From an uncultured Alphaproteobacteria bacterium (GTDB lineage Bacteria > Pseudomonadota > Alphaproteobacteria > HIMB59): a stretch of DNA of 64,000 bases. Below are positions 38,088 through 47,261 of this stretch, in pieces; position 1 is the stretch's first letter; every line of letters begins with the position of its first letter. The notes beneath the pieces were generated by a model, which saw only the letters and a list, made by a program, of their open reading frames with translations, was not told the origin of the DNA and searched no databases. Location: NCBI GenBank assembly GCA_902546975.1, contig CACCLU010000004.1:89134-153133 (forward strand), in the 5' to 3' direction. The position numbers were made by a program, and so were the translations under genes.

Positions 38088-40160
38088 CTATGCTAATCCA
38101 AGAGCTTTTTTTCTTTCCTCGGCCCATTTTCTCACAATTACATCTACTGAAATAGCCATTAAAGAAACGAATAAACCTAGTGTTATAGCAACACCAGGAC
38201 CGTCTTGAGCTCTTGATAATGCTCCAAAAATAAGTTGGCCTAAATCTTCAGTTCCAATTAACGCTCCTAAAATTACCATTTGAAGAGTGAAAACAACTGT
38301 TTGATTAACGCCAAGCATAATTGTAGGGAAAGCTAATGGAATTTCAATATTTGTCCATCTTTGTATTCTCGAGACACCGGACATGGTGCCTGCTTCATGT
38401 AAGGAGAGTGGGACACTATTTAGACCCCAGACAGTATATCGAGTAGCAGGAACAGTAGCATAAACAATAGCAGCTATTAACACTGAGGTATCAGTAATAT
38501 TGAACAAGAAGATAACAGGTATTAAATAAACAAAGGATGGAAATGTTTCAAAAAAATCACACACGGAGAGAATAATTTTTGACCCCCTCTCAGTTTGTGC
38601 AAATATTGATCCAACTATTATTCCATTGAGAGATGCCATAATTACAGCAAATGTTGCCATGTACATTGTAATTAAAGCTCTGTCCCAATATTTTGACATA
38701 GCAATAAATAACATCATGCCCCCAACTAATAAGCTTGTTCTAATTCCACCAATGATATAAGCGACACCCATAGTAAGAGTCAACGTGGCAACTACTGGCA
38801 TACCTAGATAAGCTTTTTTCATAGGACCTAGAACTTCAGTTAGAAGAAACTTATTGAAAGAATTGAGAGAATAGAAAAAAGTTTCCCAAACCCAATCAAC
38901 AGCAGCATCAATATAGTGAGCAAAAGTAAAACCTTTTTCAATAGGTATGACATATAAGTAATTAATTTTATCGAAGTAACCATTTGCTATAAAAGCAATG
39001 ATTGAAAAAATTAAAATTGAGGTTCCAAAGATGATTAAGAGTTTATATCTTTGAAAAAAAGATAAATTTTCAAAATAATCAACTTGTTTATTCGCCCATG
39101 CTTTTGTAAATCGATCAAGGATAACAGCAATTAAGACGATACAAAAACCTGCTTCAGCAGCTTTGCCAATTTTTAAACTATTTAAGGCAATTTTTAAATT
39201 TAGACCAAGTCCTTTTGCACCAACGAAAGACGCAATTACAACCATTGCTAGGCATTGCATAATAACTGTATTGACACCGTTTAAAATATCTCGTCTAGCT
39301 GTTGGTATTAATACTTTAAATAAAAGCTGAGTTTTTGTACAACCGCTCATAAGTCCCGCTTCTACTACCTCAGGTGAAATTCGTTTTAATCCTAAAATGG
39401 TATTTCTTATCATTGGTGGGGTAGCAATTACTATAGTAGCTATCGAACCTGCATGATCGCCTAAACCAAATAAAGCTATAATAGGGACTAGATATGCAAA
39501 TTGAGGCATAGTTTGCATTACATTTAGTACTGGTTGCAAAGCTGTCTCAACTTTTCTATCTAGGTATCCCCATATTCCAAAGGATAGACCTAATACAAAA
39601 CAAATTGGTGTTGTAATTAGAACAAAAGAGAGTGTTTGTATAGATGGTACCCAATTTCCAAAGATTGATACATATAAAGATCCTATCCCTCCAAGTAAAG
39701 CCAATCTAATACCACCAAGTTGGAACCCAAGCAAAAAAGCACCGACTGTAGCTGCTGTCCATGGAAGTGCTGGCCATGTCATCCAATCATTATCTTTCAG
39801 CCAAGCATCACTAACAAAAACATCAATTATTTTGTCACCACCCAATAAAAGTTCTCTTACAAAAGTAATTAAAAATAATAAACCTTTAGATATAGATTTT
39901 GTGAATTCACGAAATGCTGCTTTTTCTTCATACATTTCAAATATGGGGTCCCATACTTTGAGAGGAAACCATTCATATAAAGCTGCATATATAATCTCAT
40001 TTAACTTAATTGGTATGAAAGCTAATATAGAGGGAAGTCTCCAAAAATAGTTACCCTCATTATGTGGCACTAAATTGTATAAAAGCAAAAATACAATTAA
40101 TAAAATACCAAACTGAGCTAGTTTTGAAGATCTAATGATATTTAAATAATTCTTATCCAC
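38088..40160 (-). CDS. tmoV: TMAO ABC transporter permease (two fused ProW-like domains)
   Basis: Two repeats (LNVMQTMPQFAYLVP, CDFFETFPSFVYLIP), each followed by an EAA-like loop. Confidence 0.85.
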   Translation of the reverse strand: MDKNYLNIIRSSKLAQFGILLIVFLLLYNLVPHNEGNYFWRLPSILAFIPIKLNEIIYAALYEWFPLKVWDPIFEMYEEKAAFREFTKSISKGLLFLITFVRELLLGGDKIIDVFVSDAWLKDNDWMTWPALPWTAATVGAFLLGFQLGGIRLALLGGIGSLYVSIFGNWVPSIQTLSFVLITTPICFVLGLSFGIWGYLDRKVETALQPVLNVMQTMPQFAYLVPIIALFGLGDHAGSIATIVIATPPMIRNTILGLKRISPEVVEAGLMSGCTKTQLLFKVLIPTARRDILNGVNTVIMQCLAMVVIASFVGAKGLGLNLKIALNSLKIGKAAEAGFCIVLIAVILDRFTKAWANKQVDYFENLSFFQRYKLLIIFGTSILIFSIIAFIANGYFDKINYLYVIPIEKGFTFAHYIDAAVDWVWETFFYSLNSFNKFLLTEVLGPMKKAYLGMPVVATLTLTMGVAYIIGGIRTSLLVGGMMLFIAMSKYWDRALITMYMATFAVIMASLNGIIVGSIFAQTERGSKIILSVCDFFETFPSFVYLIPVIFLFNITDTSVLIAAIVYATVPATRYTVWGLNSVPLSLHEAGTMSGVSRIQRWTNIEIPLAFPTIMLGVNQTVVFTLQMVILGALIGTEDLGQLIFGALSRAQDGPGVAITLGLFVSLMAISVDVIVRKWAEERKKALGLA

Positions 40161-41166
40161 CGAATAAAACTTTTATAACTTTAGAAGGGTTTATAGAGCC
40201 AACTACTGAATTTTTATCATCAACAACTTTAATAATTTCTTTACTATTTAAAATTTTTTCTGCTACGGTTTCTATAATATCATCTTTTTTAACAGCTATT
40301 TCTCCGGAGGCATGTGGATCAGAGGCATCCATGATTGACTCTATCTTCAATACTTTTTCACGAGGGACATCCTCAGTAAATTTCCTAACATAGTCAGTAG
40401 CAGGATTTAAAACTATATTATCTGGTTTGTCTAATTGTTCTATTATTCCATCTTTCATAATAGCTATTCTATCAGCAAGCCTCAATGCTTCGTCAAAGTC
40501 ATGAGTGACAAACATAATTGTTTTATTCAAAACAGACTGGAGTCTCAAAAACTCGTCTTGCATTTCTTTTCTAATTAGAGGATCAAGTGCAGAGAAAGGC
40601 TCATCTAAAAACCAAATATCAGGTTCAACTGCTAATGACCGCGCAATTCCAACTCTTTGTTGCTGTCCACCAGAGAGTTCTCTTGGAAAGTAATTTTCTC
40701 TACCCTTTAGGCCTACAAGCTCAACCATTTCAAGTGCTTTATGAATGCTATTTTCAGTAGTGACTCCTTTTACTTGAAGCGGAAAAGCAATATTTTCTAA
40801 AACTGTTTTATGTGGAAGAAGAGCGAAATTTTGAAATACCATTCCCATCTTTTCTCTTCTTAGTTCGATTAATTGCTTATTATTCATTAAGCAAATATCC
40901 TCACCATCAATTAAAATTTTACCAGAAGTTGCGTCTGTTAATCTAGATATACACCTTAGTAATGTTGATTTTCCTGATCCAGAGAGACCCATAACTACAA
41001 GCATTTCTCCCTGATTTACATCAAAAGAAGCATTGTTAACGCCAACTATGCACCCTGCTTCTTGAAATTTTTTGGCGTCTACATTCCCTCCACTTTCAGA
41101 TAAAAGTGTCTGAGCGTTATTACCAAAAATTTTATAGACAGATGAACAGCTAATAGTTGGTGACAT
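40153..41166 (-). CDS. tmoW: TMAO/betaine ABC transporter ATPase
   Basis: GLSGSGKST, LSGGQQQRVG, DEPFSALDPLIR (ProV-like). Confidence 0.88.
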   Translation of the reverse strand: MSPTISCSSVYKIFGNNAQTLLSESGGNVDAKKFQEAGCIVGVNNASFDVNQGEMLVVMGLSGSGKSTLLRCISRLTDATSGKILIDGEDICLMNNKQLIELRREKMGMVFQNFALLPHKTVLENIAFPLQVKGVTTENSIHKALEMVELVGLKGRENYFPRELSGGQQQRVGIARSLAVEPDIWFLDEPFSALDPLIRKEMQDEFLRLQSVLNKTIMFVTHDFDEALRLADRIAIMKDGIIEQLDKPDNIVLNPATDYVRKFTEDVPREKVLKIESIMDASDPHASGEIAVKKDDIIETVAEKILNSKEIIKVVDDKNSVVGSINPSKVIKVLFGG

Positions 41167-41192
41167 AAATTAATCTTTCCTAAAATAAAATT

Positions 41193-41221
41193 AATTCCCC
41201 CCTCAAAAAGAGGGAGGAATT
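41193..41221 (-). terminator. Hairpin between tmoX and tmoW
   Basis: Minus strand AAUUCCUCCCUC-UUUUU-GAGGGGGGAAUU, fully paired using one U:G wobble, followed by a U-rich tract. Confidence 0.65.
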
Positions 41222-41234
41222 CAAATTAGAAATA

Positions 41235-42176
41235 TTACTTCATAAATAGATCTATTTGATCTCTATTATTTGCAATATATGCAGTTGCAGCTTCAGCATG
41301 AGTCATGCCTTCGTTGTCAACGTAGTTTGCCATTTCACCAATGTTAGGTGCTGTAAATTCCATTTTTGTATAGAACTTATATGCAGATGTATGAGTGATT
41401 GGGAACTTAATGTGAGCAGCTTTTTTAAGCCAACCTTTTGGAGAACCACAACCAGTAGTCTCTAAAGAACCACCTTGTTCTAGTCTACATCCCTCGAAGT
41501 ATGGAGGAAATTCAATGAAAGTAAAACCAGCTGCATCTGTAAAGTTTGGAGACCAGTTAAAGATAATTGTGCCTCTTCCCTCTTTTTTAGCTGCTTCTAA
41601 TTCAGCCCATAATGCATCTGCAGTACCTGCAAATTTTACCATCCATAAATCATCTATACCAAGACCTTTAAGTCTGTTAGGCATAACTTCTGTGTGCCAC
41701 TCATAAGGACCTTCTAACCATCTACCTTTACCTTCAGAGTCTGGTGTTGCAAAGTTTGCTGCACACTCTGGAGATTTAAGTGCTTCCCAGCTTGGAAGAC
41801 CAGGACATAATCCATCTTCGATTACCCAGTTAGGAACACCCATTTCTTCAAAAGTAATAAGGTCGTGACTTCCAGCATCAATTAATCCACCTTTATCCAT
41901 AGCTTCATAAAAAGGCAGAGCCATTGTTGACTCCCAAGTTTCGTGAGCAACGTGAAGTTCACCTACTCTGACAGCTTCATATCTTGTTGCTGACTCAGCA
42001 GGGACTAATTCAACATCATAACCAAGCTCTTCAAAAGCTTGTGCCATAACGTTAGCCATAACGATTTGGCTTGACCAGTTTAAAACTGGAATTCTAATCG
42101 GGTCTGCTGCTTTTGCTACAGTTGTAAAACCAGCAAACAGGACTAGAGCGTAAAATAATGAAATAAATTTTTTCAT
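41235..42176 (-). CDS. tmoX: TMAO ABC transporter substrate-binding protein
   Basis: Signal peptide; NWSSQ, HETWE, EEMGVPNWV, FNWSPNF; adjacent to tdm. Confidence 0.85.
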   Translation of the reverse strand: MKKFISLFYALVLFAGFTTVAKAADPIRIPVLNWSSQIVMANVMAQAFEELGYDVELVPAESATRYEAVRVGELHVAHETWESTMALPFYEAMDKGGLIDAGSHDLITFEEMGVPNWVIEDGLCPGLPSWEALKSPECAANFATPDSEGKGRWLEGPYEWHTEVMPNRLKGLGIDDLWMVKFAGTADALWAELEAAKKEGRGTIIFNWSPNFTDAAGFTFIEFPPYFEGCRLEQGGSLETTGCGSPKGWLKKAAHIKFPITHTSAYKFYTKMEFTAPNIGEMANYVDNEGMTHAEAATAYIANNRDQIDLFMK

Positions 42177-42245
42177 TTACTCCTCCTATATCTATTATAA
42201 TAGTAGAAGTAATATAGGGCATAAGACAACAAGGTTGAAGCCTAA

Positions 42246-42264
42246 AAATCCATAATATGAAACA
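42246..42264. promoter_or_regulatory. Operator copy AAATCCATAATATGAAACA upstream of tmoX
   Basis: 16/19 identical to the 32918 copy. Confidence 0.6.
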
Positions 42265-42301
42265 ACTAGTCTTTAAAAAAAACCAAAAAATCAATAAAAA
42301 A

Positions 42302-43345
42302 ATGATTTTTGTGAGTAAAGAAAATCTGTCGCATAATTACAGGCAAATCGATAAGTTCTCAGGTAATTCAAAGATTATAAGCGTAATTAAAGGTGATGGC
42401 TATGGGCACGGCCTTTTGGAATGTTGTAAAATATTAAAAACAAATAAATGTAAAGATTTTTATGTAGCTAGGTTAGATGATGCTATCAAGCTGAGAGAAA
42501 ATTTTAAAAATATAAATATTTACCTTTTATCAGGTGTGATTTCAAACAATGATTTAAAAGAAATAAAAAAACATAAAATAATTCCAATTATTAATAATGT
42601 CGATCAATTATCTTTATTAAAAACTTCACAAAAACTTAAGTACGTTTTACATGTTGATACTGGAATGAATCGTCTTGGATTGCAGGCAAGCGAACTTGAG
42701 AAATATTCAAATTTAATCGATAAACAAAATATTATTTTTTTAATGTCTCACCTATCTTCTGCGGATGATTTAAAAAAAAATGAGTCTAGTAAACAATTAA
42801 ATAAACTTATTGACCTAAATAAAAATTTTAACTTACCTTTAAGTATTGCTAATTCATCTGGGATTTTTTTAGGAAAGCAGTATCATTTAAATTATGTAAG
42901 ACCTGGAAAAAGTCTATACGGAATTAATCCTTTCTATAAAAAAAGATTTAACTTAAGACAGGTTATGAGTATTTACTCACCTATATTACAAGTTCAAAAT
43001 GTCAGAAAAGGAAATTCAATTGGCTACAGCCAAACTTATAAACTTAAAAAAGACTTAAAAGTTGCAACAATAGATTTTGGTTACTCTGATGGATTTCTTA
43101 GAAGCGGAAGTAATAAAGCATCTGTTTATATAGATAAATTTCAATGTAGAATTTTAGGAAGAGTTTCAATGGACTTGATTACGATTGATGTGTCTAAAGT
43201 TCCCAATAACAAATTGTATTTAGGCAAACCTGTCGAAATAATTGGAAGTAATCAACGATATGAAAGAATTGCATACGAAACTGGGACTAATGAACACGAG
43301 ATTTTAATTTCTTTAGGCAGGAACTTAAGAAAAGTATATATATAA
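42302..43345 (+). CDS. alr: Alanine racemase (start probably 42302; the track start at 42257 lies inside the operator)
   Basis: VIKGDGYGHG PLP lysine, HVDTGMNRLG, MSHLSSAD, ANSSG, GYSDG, GRVSMD. Confidence 0.93.
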   Translation: MIFVSKENLSHNYRQIDKFSGNSKIISVIKGDGYGHGLLECCKILKTNKCKDFYVARLDDAIKLRENFKNINIYLLSGVISNNDLKEIKKHKIIPIINNVDQLSLLKTSQKLKYVLHVDTGMNRLGLQASELEKYSNLIDKQNIIFLMSHLSSADDLKKNESSKQLNKLIDLNKNFNLPLSIANSSGIFLGKQYHLNYVRPGKSLYGINPFYKKRFNLRQVMSIYSPILQVQNVRKGNSIGYSQTYKLKKDLKVATIDFGYSDGFLRSGSNKASVYIDKFQCRILGRVSMDLITIDVSKVPNNKLYLGKPVEIIGSNQRYERIAYETGTNEHEILISLGRNLRKVYI

Positions 43346-43348
43346 GTC

Positions 43349-45112
43349 ATGTACGAAGCTCCAATTAAAGATTTAAATTTTGTAATTAAAAATCTAATAG
43401 ATTTAGGCAAACTAAATAAAGTTAGTGATTACTCTGAATTTTCTGATGATTTAGTTGAAGCTGTTCTTGAAGAGGCAGGAAAAATAGCTTCTGAAGTGTT
43501 AGACCCTTGTAACCTTTCAGGAGACCATGAGGGCTCAAAAAGACTAGATACTGGTGAAGTCGTAACTCCTAAAGGCTACAAAGAGGCTTATGAGAGTTTA
43601 AGAGATGGTGGGTGGTTTGGCTTAGAGGCCAAAGAAAAATTTGGTGGTCAACAGATACCAGTAACTTTATCTGCCGCTGTTAATGAGATTTGGCATAGTT
43701 CTAATATGTCATTAGCGCTTTGCCACCTATTAACACAAGGTTTGATATATGCTTTACAAAAATCAGCATCAGAAGATCAAAAAAGCTTTTATATACCAAA
43801 ATTAGCATCAGGTCATTGGACAGGAACAATGAATTTAACTGAACCACAATCCGGAACAGACCTGTCTACGATTAAAACTAAAGCCATAAAAGAAAATGGT
43901 CATTATAAAATTTATGGACAAAAAATTTATATTACCTATGGGGAGCATGATTTATCTGAGAATATTATTCATTTGGTTTTAGCCAGAACACCTGAAGCGC
44001 CAGAGGGTAATAAAGGTATTTCTGTTTTTCTTGTTCCTAAATTTATTCCAAATGATGACGGCAGTATTGGCAAGAAAAATGATGTAGCCTGTTTGTCTAT
44101 TGAAAAAAAACTTGGTGTTAAAGGTTCTCCTACTGCAGTTTTACAGTTTGGTGAAAAGGATGGAGCAATTGGTTATTTAGTTGGAGAAGAAAATCAGGGT
44201 TTAAATATAATGTTCGAAATGATGAACCATGCAAGGTTCTCAGTTGGAGTACAAGGACTTGCTGTTTCTGAAAGAGCTTACCAGCAATCTAAAATGTATG
44301 CTTTTGATAGAGTTCAAGGAGTTCCGATTGATGGTCAGAAAGGTGATCCTATTATTCATCACCCAGATGTGCTTCGATTATCCTCGACTATGAAATCAGA
44401 AATCGAAGCTATGAGAGCTCTTGCAATTTATGGAGCTTTTGCTTTGGATATGACTAAGTCAGAAGAGAGTGAATATTGGGAAACAAAATCATCTTTAATG
44501 ATACCTATTATTAAAGGGTGGTTGACTGAAAGATCACTAGAGATTACATCAAACGCTATTCAAATTCATGGTGGAATGGGCTTTATTGAAGAAACAGGAA
44601 TCGCACAACATTATAGAGATGCTAGAATTCTCCCAATATATGAGGGCACCACTGCAATTCAAGCAAATGATTTAGTTTTTAGGAAGACGCTTCGAGACAA
44701 TGGTAAAAGCATATTAGAATTAATTGATGAAATTAAAACCGATACAGAAGGATCTGCGAGTTCAGATCGATTACAAGAGTTATGTAAAAAAATGGATAGC
44801 TCAATTGACTCTGCAAAAAAAGTTGTTGAGCACATTGTTTCTACTTCTAACAATAAAAAAAGACCTGCTGTATCGAGTGTTAATTATTTAATGATGTTAG
44901 GTTATATTTTTGGGGGTTGGATGATGATTAAAACTGCCAAAAAATCACTCGAACTAAAAGATAAAGGCGAAATTGATAATGAATTTCTGGATGCAAAAAT
45001 AGCTACATCAAGTATTTATGTATCAAGTATTTTGCCTAAAATTGATAGTTTAGCTTCCATAATTTTACATGGAGATGAAGATGTTTTAGCTATGAAACAT
45101 CAATGGTTGTAA
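43349..45112 (+). CDS. Acyl-CoA dehydrogenase (DmdC-like long type)
   Basis: TGTMNLTEPQSGTDL, QKIYITYGEHD, EKKLGVKGSPT, QIHGGMGFIEE, IYEGTTAIQA. Confidence 0.88.
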   Translation: MYEAPIKDLNFVIKNLIDLGKLNKVSDYSEFSDDLVEAVLEEAGKIASEVLDPCNLSGDHEGSKRLDTGEVVTPKGYKEAYESLRDGGWFGLEAKEKFGGQQIPVTLSAAVNEIWHSSNMSLALCHLLTQGLIYALQKSASEDQKSFYIPKLASGHWTGTMNLTEPQSGTDLSTIKTKAIKENGHYKIYGQKIYITYGEHDLSENIIHLVLARTPEAPEGNKGISVFLVPKFIPNDDGSIGKKNDVACLSIEKKLGVKGSPTAVLQFGEKDGAIGYLVGEENQGLNIMFEMMNHARFSVGVQGLAVSERAYQQSKMYAFDRVQGVPIDGQKGDPIIHHPDVLRLSSTMKSEIEAMRALAIYGAFALDMTKSEESEYWETKSSLMIPIIKGWLTERSLEITSNAIQIHGGMGFIEETGIAQHYRDARILPIYEGTTAIQANDLVFRKTLRDNGKSILELIDEIKTDTEGSASSDRLQELCKKMDSSIDSAKKVVEHIVSTSNNKKRPAVSSVNYLMMLGYIFGGWMMIKTAKKSLELKDKGEIDNEFLDAKIATSSIYVSSILPKIDSLASIILHGDEDVLAMKHQWL

Positions 45113-45113
45113 T

Positions 45114-45605
45114 TTGGAAAAATTCAAAAATAAATTAAGTAATTTTTTTAGTTGGCTTTCAAAGGCAGAATTAGTTGAGCTAGACTCAGTGGATACTAGC
45201 GAAGATCCAATCAGACCAGACATTGACAATGAATTTCGCACCTCGTATGGCCGCAAGATTTATGGATTAAAATCTAATGAAGATGTTGAAGGGTTTATTT
45301 GTCTAGCATTCTGTAACGATGTACCACAAACAATGAAAGAATTAGACTTAATGAGCAAAAATGCTTTTCATGAAAAAAACGCAAACATTGCTGTAGCCTA
45401 TACTGTTTGGTCAAGAAAAAGAGGAGCAGGTAAACAAACTATTTTTACAACAAAAAAGCTTGTTAAAGATGAGATGAAAAATATAGATCGCTTTATCACA
45501 CTTTCTCCTTTGACGCCTATTGCAACACATTTTCATATAAAGCATGGTGCTAAATTAGTAAATATCAATGCAACTTCCCAAAACTTTGAATACGACTTTA
45601 ATTAG
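45114..45605 (+). CDS. Hypothetical protein, malonyl-CoA decarboxylase/GNAT-like mini-domain
   Basis: AVAYTVWS, RGAGK and RFITLSP resemble motifs of the MCD catalytic domain; TTG start. Confidence 0.55.
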   Translation: MEKFKNKLSNFFSWLSKAELVELDSVDTSEDPIRPDIDNEFRTSYGRKIYGLKSNEDVEGFICLAFCNDVPQTMKELDLMSKNAFHEKNANIAVAYTVWSRKRGAGKQTIFTTKKLVKDEMKNIDRFITLSPLTPIATHFHIKHGAKLVNINATSQNFEYDFN

Positions 45606-47239
45606 GTCCCAGAGTAAATAGGCCCACCCCCACCCTCAGGAGTTACCCACTCAATATTTTGAGAAGGTTCTTTAATATCGCATGTCTTACAATGAATACA
45701 ATTTTGAGAATTAATTTTTAAAATTTTTTTTTGGAGGTCATTATCAAATTCAACTTCATACACACCTGCAGGGCAATACCTTTGGGCAGGTTCGTCGTAT
45801 TCTTCAATAGTAAAATTAGTTGACAGATCTTTATCATTAAGTAACAAATGGTTAGGTTGATCATCTGCGTGGTTAGTTCCTGATAAATAAACTGAGCTGG
45901 GTTTATCAAAAGTAATAACACCATCATATTTAGGATAAGTAATTTTTTTTGCTTTTTTAGCTGGGATCAAAGATTCATGATCAGCATGCTTATGTTGAAG
46001 GGTAAACGGAAGTTTACCTCCAAATATTTTTTGATCTAATCCAGTAAAAATCATTGCAGGTATTAGGCCCCATTGAAAACTGGGCTTTACATTTCTTGCT
46101 TTGTATAATTCCTCATATACCCATGAGTTTTTGAATTTTGACTCATACTCTGACAGTTCTTTATTACTATTTATGTGATCATTGATGACTTCTGCAGCAA
46201 TTATTCCACTTTTCATTGCGGTATGTGATCCTTTAATTTTTGGCATATTTAGAGTGCCTGCATCACATCCTATCAATAACGCCCCAGGCATATACATTTG
46301 TGGAAGACTCTGCAATCCTCCCTCTATTAGAGCTCTTGCTCCATAAGAAATTCTTTTACCACCATCTAATAATTTTTTGATATCAGGGTGAGTTTTAAAC
46401 TGTTGAAATTCATCATAAGGAGAAAGGTATGGATTCTTATAATCCAAACCTATTACGTAACCTAAGTATATTTGATTATTTTCAGCGTGATAACAAAAAC
46501 TACCTCCATATGTATCACTTTCAAGAGGCCAACCAACACTGTGAGAAACTTTACCGATTAGATGATTTTCAGAATTGATCTCCCAAATTTCTTTAAAGCC
46601 TATACCGTATTGTTGAGGAGATTTGTTGTTCGAGTCTAAATTAAATTTTTTAAGGACCTCTTTTCCCAGGTGACCTCTACAACCCTCTGATAAAACTGTA
46701 ACTTTACCTTTGATATTAATCCCAGGTTCATAATTATCTTTAGGTTTAAAATTTTTGTCTAAACCCATATCACCTGTTTGAACACCAATAACCTTTTGAT
46801 CGTTATCATAAAGTAATTTACTAGCTGCAAATCCTGGAAAGATCTCTACTCCTAAGTTTTCGGCAAATTCACCTAACCATTTGCAAAGATTAGATAAGCT
46901 AATAATGTAGTTTCCATGATTTTTTAAAACATTTGGTAAAAAAAAGTTTGGCACCTTCATACTTTTAGTTTTTGTATAAAATAAAAAATCTTCTGATGTT
47001 ACTGATGTATTGATTGGACTATTAAGATCTTTCCAATTTGGAATGAGTTCATCTAAAGCCTTAGTTTCAAAAACATTACCACTTAAAATATGAGCACCGA
47101 CTTCAGATGCTTTTTCTAGTACACAAATAGACAAATTCGTATCGAGTTGTTTTAGTTTAATTGCTGTTGATAAACCAGCTGGACCAGCTCCAACTATTAC
47201 TACATCGTAATTTAATTCTTCTCTCTGCACTTCGCTCAT
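45602..47239 (-). CDS. Electron transfer flavoprotein-ubiquinone oxidoreductase
   Basis: VGAGPAGLS, GAHILSG, C-terminal YCPAGVYE and NCIHCKTCDIK [4Fe-4S] motifs. Confidence 0.95.
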   Translation of the reverse strand: MSEVQREELNYDVVIVGAGPAGLSTAIKLKQLDTNLSICVLEKASEVGAHILSGNVFETKALDELIPNWKDLNSPINTSVTSEDFLFYTKTKSMKVPNFFLPNVLKNHGNYIISLSNLCKWLGEFAENLGVEIFPGFAASKLLYDNDQKVIGVQTGDMGLDKNFKPKDNYEPGINIKGKVTVLSEGCRGHLGKEVLKKFNLDSNNKSPQQYGIGFKEIWEINSENHLIGKVSHSVGWPLESDTYGGSFCYHAENNQIYLGYVIGLDYKNPYLSPYDEFQQFKTHPDIKKLLDGGKRISYGARALIEGGLQSLPQMYMPGALLIGCDAGTLNMPKIKGSHTAMKSGIIAAEVINDHINSNKELSEYESKFKNSWVYEELYKARNVKPSFQWGLIPAMIFTGLDQKIFGGKLPFTLQHKHADHESLIPAKKAKKITYPKYDGVITFDKPSSVYLSGTNHADDQPNHLLLNDKDLSTNFTIEEYDEPAQRYCPAGVYEVEFDNDLQKKILKINSQNCIHCKTCDIKEPSQNIEWVTPEGGGGPIYSGT

Positions 47240-47261
47240 AATGTTGATTATATATTAAATA

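Noticed and set aside
10130-42176. Treating the island as a mobile element or prophage
   Set aside because: No integrase, transposase, tRNA target or flanking direct repeat was seen, and the genes have a host-like AT-rich style.
42257-42301. N-terminal extension of alr
   Set aside because: The ATG is part of the operator half-site (ATGAAACA) and is followed by poly-A low-complexity codons; 42302 is more plausible.
43349-45112. Calling this gene dmdC
   Set aside because: Family resemblance only. No dmdA, dmdB or dmdD neighbours, and the specificity cannot be read from motifs.
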